A stretch of DNA of 64,000 nucleotides from the human T2T-CHM13v2.0 reference genome, Homo sapiens: the NCBI RefSeq assembly GCF_009914755.1, contig NC_060940.1. The stretch is one strand, 5' to 3'. The position numbers and the translations under genes were made by a program. Shown here in pieces: positions 57,530 to 64,000 of the stretch. Under the pieces are notes generated by a model, which saw only the letters and a program-made list of their open reading frames with translations, made no database searches and was not told the origin of the DNA. How positions within the stretch are numbered: position 1 is the stretch's first letter; every line of letters begins with the position of its first letter.

Positions 57530-59030
57530 TAGTATGGACATGGTTAATGTGGACATGGATAGTGTGGACATGGTTAGTGTGGATATAGTGTAGACATGGA
57601 TAATGTGGATATAGTGTGCACATGGATAGTGTGGATATGGATAGTGTGGATATAGTGTGGACATGGATAGTGTGGATACAGTGTGGACATGGATAGTGTG
57701 GATATAGTGTGGATATGAATAGTGTGGATGTAGTGTGGACATGGATAGGGTGGATATATTGTGGATATGGATAATGTGGATATGGAGAGTGTGGAGATAG
57801 TGTGAACATGGATAATATGGATATAGTGTGGATATCGTTAGTGTGGATATAGTGTGGATATGGATAGTGTGGATATAGGGTGGATGTGGATAGTGTGGAC
57901 ACGGATAGTGTGGATACAGTGTGGATATAGTGTGGATATAGTGTGGACATAGTGTGGACATGGAGAGTGTGGATATGGATACTGTGGATATAGGGTGGAT
58001 ATGGATAGTGTGGACATGGATTGTGTGGATATAGTGTGCACATGGATAGTGTGGATATAGTGTGGATATGGATAGTGTGGATGTAGTGTGGACATGGATA
58101 GGGTGGCTATATTACGGACATGGATAATGTGTATATGGAGAGTGTGGATATAGTGTGGATATCATTAGTGTGGATATAGTGTGGATATCGTTAGTGTAGA
58201 TATAGTGTGGATATGGATAGTGTGGATATAGTGTGGACATGGATAGTGTGGATATAGTGTGCATTTGGGTAGTGTGGACATAGTGTGGACATGGAGAGTG
58301 TGGATATGGATACTGTGGATATAGGGTGGATATGGATAGTGTGGACATGGATAGTGTGGATATAGTGTGGACATGGAGAGTGTGGATATGGATAGTGTGG
58401 ATATAGTGTGGACATGGAGAGTGTGGATATGGATACTGTGGATATAGTGTGGATATAGTGTGGACATGGATAGTGTGGACATGGATAGTGTGGATACAGA
58501 GTGGATATAGTGTGGATATAGTGTCGACATGGATAGTGTGGATATGGATAGTGTGGGTATAGTGTGGACATGGATAGTGTGGTATAGTGTGGACATGGAT
58601 AGTGTGGATATAGTGTGCACATGGATAGTGTGGATATAGTGTGGACATGGATAGTGTGGTATAGTGTGGACATGGATAGTGTGGATGGAGTGTGGACATG
58701 GATAGTGTAGATATAGTGTGGACATGGATAGCGTGGATATAGTGTGGACATGGATAGCATGGACGTGGATAGTGTGGATGTAGTGTGGACGTGGATAGCG
58801 TTGATATAGTGTGGACATGGATAGCACGGATATAGTGTGGACATGGATAGCGTGGATGTAGTGTGGACATGGATAGCGTGGATGTAGTGTGGACATGGAT
58901 AGCGTGGATGTAGTGTGGACATGGATAGCGTGGATGTAGTGTGGACATGGATAGCATGGATGTAGTGTGGACATGGATAGCGTGGATATAGTGTGGACAT
59001 GGATAGTGTGGATATAGTGTGGATATGGAT
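57530..59030 (+). repeat. Composite minisatellite of 11-mer GTGGATATAGT and 15-mer GTGGACATGGATAGT
   Basis: Directly visible; source of the His/Pro/Tyr/Ser/Thr repeat ORFs. Confidence 0.95.
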
Positions 59031-59884
59031 ATCCACACTCATCCACATATAGTGTGAATATGGATATCCATCTCGTCCACTGTGAATAGTGCTGCAGTAG
59101 GCATGGGAGTGCAGATATCTCTTTGATATGCTGATTTACTTCCCTTTTGATGAATACTCAGTCATGGGATGGCTGGATTATATGTCATCTATACTTAGCT
59201 ATATTATTGTGATTGGGTTTGTGGTGTGTGTTATCTCACTGTCTGACAATTGCCCCACACTGTCCCTGCCACCAGTTTGGATGTTCTTGGGCACGGGGGC
59301 CCTGACTGCTCCATCTCCATTGCATTTCTGCAGTGCCAGCCCCAAGCGAGAAATGGGGAGACAGTGAATGAAGAACCCTCATCAGCAGAGAAGGAAGGGG
59401 CAGGTAGACAGAGTGGAATCACTGCTGCTGATAACTGGGACCCCAGAAATGCACAGCACCCTTAACTGGGAGTGACCAGAAGCTCAGTCCTGCAGCAAAT
59501 GCCTCCAGGGGATTCAAAATGATTGAGAGCTGGGCCAGGAGCCATGTTTAGCCTGCCAGTGTGGTGCCCACTCACTTCCTCCTATTGGGAGGTGCCTTGG
59601 CCCTCAGCTCACCGCCTCTTTGCCCAGGCAGCCCCATCCTGGCATATCTTTCCCCTCGGTGTCAGCCTGCCCTAGTCCCTGTACATGAGCCTTGCAGGGT
59701 CCCGTGTCCCTCTACCTGGGCTTCAATCTTTCACAAATAATATGTGTCTCTCCTGTCGGACCAGCTCTTTGCAGGTATTGCCACATAAATGTTGTTTTCT
59801 CCAATCTACCAAGGGGAAAACTAAGTACCAAAGAGGTTAAATGACTCTCACAATTGCACAATTGTTATTAAAGAACAAAGCCAG

Positions 59885-60175
59885 GGCTGGGAGCAGTGGC
59901 TCCCGCCTGTAATCCCAACGCTTTGGGAGGCCAATGCGGGTGAATCGCTTTAACTCAGGAATTTCAGACCAGCCTGGGCAACTGGCAAAACCCTGTCTCT
60001 ACCAAAAATACAAACATTAGTGGAACATAGTGGTGCATGTCTATAGTTCCTGCTACTTGGGTGCTGAGGTGGGAGGATTGCTAGAGCCTGGGAAGTTGAG
60101 GCTGCAGTGAGCAGTGCTACCACCACTGCACTCCAGCCTGGGCAATAGAGCAAGACCTTGTCTCAAAAAAAAAAA
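59885..60175 (+). mobile_element. AluJ nested in a MIR
   Basis: gggaggattgc...gaggctgcagtgagc diagnostics; imperfect TSD aaagaacaaagccagg/aaaggataaagtcagg. Confidence 0.9.
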
Positions 60176-62604
60176 GGATAAAGTCAGGACTTAATCATAG
60201 GTCTACCTGATTCCAATACAAGGACTTTTAACTCTTATACACCACACACTGCCTTCCCTATGAGAGATATAGCACAGACTCACTGATTATTACACTTATT
60301 CCACCATGATAGTGCCTTCAGGTGGCCTGTTTCAACTGGTTATGTAGCCCCAAAAGGCATCTCTTGCCACTTGTTTGAATACTTCTCCAAATATGGCGCT
60401 CACTCCCTCACCATCTCTTCTCAAGCTTGCTGTCACTGCACTGGTAGACAAGCTGATGCCCCTTGGATCTTTCCAGCTCTGTTCCAGCTCTGAGGGTCTC
60501 TGCTGGCCCCCACCTAGACTCCCACCTGCGGGGCTGAACCTGATATCCAGCTACAGAGGGAAACTTTCCTCTTCCATGCCCTGACACAGTGCTGGGCACA
60601 CAACTGATGCTTAAAATGGCTGCTTCTGGGTTTTTGCCTAGGTGACCAGACCCCTGCAGGAAGGACTCTCCCTTCATCCCAGACTCTCTCTGATGCACTT
60701 GAATATTTCTTTAAATATAACTGTGTTGGTGCCTTCACAACTTACCTTGGGTGGCTGGGAGGGCAGACAACTCTGGATGAAGAGGTATTAATCACCCTGG
60801 ATATGAGATTCCCATTCTCATTTGCTCTATCCACTCTTTCTTTTATTAAATTGTCACCGCGCATGTACTGTACTGGCACTGAAAACCCAGAAATAAATCA
60901 GACAGTCCCTGACCTCAGAGAGATTCCCATGGAATCAGGGTGATACAAAAAGAAACATATAACAAAAATGCAAAGTGGAAGGTGAACCGATCTCACCATA
61001 ATTAATCAACACATTGCATCGTTCTTCATTGGATGCTGCCTGGCTGTGTACACAGAATGCTTTGAGAGAGAGGATGTCTGGATTTCTGATCACTGTTTTG
61101 GCCTTGGACACAGCCTGCACTCACTTAGTGGGTACTCATGGCTGACCTCATGAATGAACAAATGGATGTGAATGAATTAATGTCCTAGGGGTTTATACAA
61201 CGTGTTGTTGGAACACAGAGGGCAGAAGCTAGCTACTTGGAAAGCAAAGTGTTGAAGGATAAATAGAAGTTCACTTCATGGATTGTGTGACAGTGGGTGT
61301 GCATATTCGGGGCGGGAAACTGGGGATGACGAGACAGTGATCCAGCAGAAGGAACTATGTGGACAAAGACAAAGAGATATGGTGAAGACTGGCATGTTTG
61401 GGGAATGATGAGTGTTTCACGATGACTGCTGAAAGCACTACAATCCTGTACAAATGCACTGGATTATATGAATGTTGAGGACAGCCACTCGGTCTGAAAT
61501 ATGACTTGCGGGCACTGAAAACCAGACCATGCCAGTTACACACTGCGCCCCGGGAGGGTCTGTGTCCACACCGGCCAGGAGCGAACTTCCCTCCTATCCC
61601 CTCTCCCTCTGTCCATCCTGGGTTCCCTGACCTGCAGACGTAACCTCGAGTGACTACCTGCCCTGGGATAGAGACTGTCAGTGCCTCCAGAGCAGACAGG
61701 CATGTGCTCAAATTCACGGCACTCTCTGGCAACTTGGCAGGTGATGCGCCCTTTCTGGGGTCTGACAGATCCCCAGGCTGCACATCATCGACCCGTGTGC
61801 CTACCCCCGCACACTGTGATTAGCCGGGGTGCGATGACAGCCGGCTGACATTAATTATCTGTGAGTTAGAGGCATCTAGGAGCACAAACAGAGGGCTGTC
61901 AGCAAAGCAAAGCAGCGTCATTATTGCTCCTGTGGCTTGCGGCTGGGACCTTGAGCAGTGACATGGGCCTTTCAGGTTCAAGGAGGGGTGGGCATGGCCA
62001 GCAGCCCTTCCCAGCCATCTCCAGGGAGGTCCACACACAACCTTTGGGTTAATTTCAGAGAAGGTCAGGCATCCAGTGGTGAGCAATGCGTTACTCATCA
62101 CTCTGCCACAACGCCCAGTCCATTACCGCATCCTGACAGTTTCACCTCCGAAATAGTTCTCAGAACTGTTCACGTCTCTGCATTTCCACGAATCCAGCCT
62201 GGTCTCTCCACACGGCAATTGGCTCCTACCTGGTTCCTCCTCTACTCTGGCCCCCTCTCAGCCATCACACCACTCAGCAGTCAGCGTGGGGCTTTCAAAC
62301 TCCAAGCCAGGCTGTGTGCTGCTCCGCTCGGAATCCACCATCCCTACAAACCCAGCACGTGGCCACGAAACCTCTGGTTTCTGTTTCCCCCAGATCTCTG
62401 CTCCCCCATCACGTTCACTTTCAATGGGTTTCTCCACTGTGCCCCACAGCCTCTGGCCATGTGACTTTTGCACATGCTGTTCCCTCTGACTGGATCACTC
62501 TTCTTACCCCAGCCTATGACCTGGGGCTCCTTAAACCTCCTGTCCTTTCCCCTATAAAGCTTCCCTCAACCCACAAAGCACAGCCAGTTCCTTTGTCTTG
62601 CAAG

Positions 62605-62920
62605 GAGGCAACACAGTGTAGTGGCCATAAGCATAAAAGCTGGTGTCGGTTCAAATCCCAGCCCAACCCCTTAATAGAATGGCTGTGTGACTGTGGGCAA
62701 GGTTGTTTTGTTTTGTTTTGTTTTGTTTGAGACAGAGTGTCGCTCTATTGCCCAATCCAAGCAAGTTTCTTAACCTCTCTGAGCTTCAGTTCCCACCTCT
62801 ATAAATGGAGACAACCATAAAATCAACCCTGCAGGGCTGTTTTAGGGACTAGCTGAGTTAAGAGAGTAATAGACCCCTCTTGGGGCACAGCCTAGCACAG
62901 GAGTACTATACAAGCATTCA
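62605..62920 (+). mobile_element. MIR containing a very short antisense Alu 3' end (62703-62754)
   Basis: ggttcaaatccca...gctgtgtgactgtgggcaag | (gtttt)n gagacagagtgtcgctct | gcaagtttcttaacctctctgagc. Confidence 0.75.
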
Positions 62921-63020
62921 CGGTTGCTGTGGATACATTTCTAACTTATCTCTGTTTGTAACCTTATCCTTGTTGGTGTGATCATTTGATTACTTTTGTC
63001 TTCTTCCATACACTCTAGGC

Positions 63021-63156
63021 CAGGGTTTTCCTAACTTCACGGGCATTTGGGATGGGCAACTCTGTTGCAAGAGCTGTCCTGTACATTGTAGGACAATCTC
63101 GTCATTGGATGCCAGTAGCACCTCCGTCGTTGTGACAACCATAAATGTCTCCAGAC
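63021..63156 (-). mobile_element. MER20 fragment
   Basis: gctgtcctgtacattgtagga...gatgccagtagcacc...gttgtgacaacc...aatgtctccagac. Confidence 0.8.
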
Positions 63157-63349
63157 TTGACCTGGTGTCCTGGTACAGACCCCTGCTCTGGACTCTAGAA
63201 CAGCAAGGAACATTGATCGTCTTCTCCAACAACTCTTCCCAGCCCCTAGCACAGTGCCTGGTCTCAGGCAGCTGTTCGTTAAGTGTATTTTAAGTGAACA
63301 AAAGCATGAATAAATGAATGCACACCAAAAGGTTCTGTAATATAAGGAC

Positions 63350-63580
63350 CTCAGGAGATATGAAATCAGAAGATCTAGGTTCAAGTTCTGCTTCCACTCC
63401 TCCTAGAGGGGTCACCAAAGGCAAATTATTGTCTCCTCAGAGCCTCAGTTTTCCCATCTGTGAAATGGGAGTGGCAATCATTATCATGATCCCCTTCCCA
63501 TCACAGGGAGTGCGCTAAGGCTCAGATGAACAATGAAGTCCTTTATAAACTGCTGAGTGCTGTGCAGATGAGCAGGTTAT
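63350..63580 (+). mobile_element. MIR
   Basis: gagcctcagttttcccatctgtgaaatggg. Confidence 0.7.
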
Positions 63581-63699
63581 AGTGCCTTCCCCCTTTTAAC
63601 CTGAAAGAATGGCTTTCCTCCTATCAGCCTGCTGCAGCCTGCCTTGTCTGGAAGCATCTGGGTTGTGACGGGGCATGGGCGTGTAATATATGTGGTACA

Positions 63700-63935
63700 T
63701 AAGGAAGATAATACATCCCTTCATCTCCCTTTTAATACGGCTGTAAATATGTCTTATGGGGGAGATAATAGAGATATGGCGCACATAATGGGGATGATGG
63801 ATCAGACCGATAAGATCTCACACTTATCACGAGGGCAGCTTGTCTGTCATTTCCCACATTATGGAGGGTGTCTTTGGTAGATTGTGGTGTCAAGTGTATT
63901 CTGAATTATGGGAAGCCCAGTGCACTTAATTACCT
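63700..63935. promoter_or_regulatory. Candidate GATA/NKX/T-box enhancer
   Basis: Four GATAA cores, two NKX sites, T-box-like and TALE sites within ~230 bp. Motifs only. Confidence 0.35.
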
Positions 63936-64000
63936 TATGTTTCTAATAAGGCGAGGAGCAGCGTAGTAGCGGGGAGAGAGCTGGGCTCCAGGGTTTTGCT

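Larger units (their letters stand above)
56120..59185 (-). mobile_element. L1MA 3' end split by a 2.4-kb minisatellite expansion
   Basis: L1MA sequence to ~56635 (caaatgacaggatttccttcttt) resumes at ~59065 (tgtgaatagtgctgcag...gtgcagatatctcttt). Confidence 0.8.

Noticed and set aside
57329-59048. 200-300-aa His/Cys/Tyr repeat ORFs resembling metal-binding proteins
   Set aside because: All three minus frames are open because of the minisatellite; no unique coding sequence

Overview
Primate, almost certainly human-like, non-coding DNA (intergenic or deep intronic). I find no supportable protein-coding gene, RNA gene or CRISPR array. The long ORFs in the track come from simple repeats, Alus or an L1 ORF2 remnant. 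Recognisable content is about 20 Alus (J/S/Y), L1 fragments (L1PA, L1MA, L1MC1, L1ME-like), many L2 and MIR relics, MaLR/ERVL solo LTRs (THE1, MST, MLT1, MLT2A, LTR16, LTR33), DNA-transposon MITEs (MER5, MER20, MER45A, MER53, MER58, MER102) and large simple-repeat/VNTR blocks. Repeat family names come from my recall of the consensus sequences, not from an alignment; boundaries of old elements are approximate. I see no convincing new biological system. The most notable signals are mutational scars: an inversion-duplication at an MSTA LTR, a cluster of fold-back palindromes in an inverted Alu pair, short templated or captured insertions, an old ~270-bp local duplication, and a 2.4-kb 26-bp-period minisatellite complex grown inside an L1. 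Several repeat-free, motif-dense stretches are candidate enhancers. The locus cannot be identified from the sequence alone.
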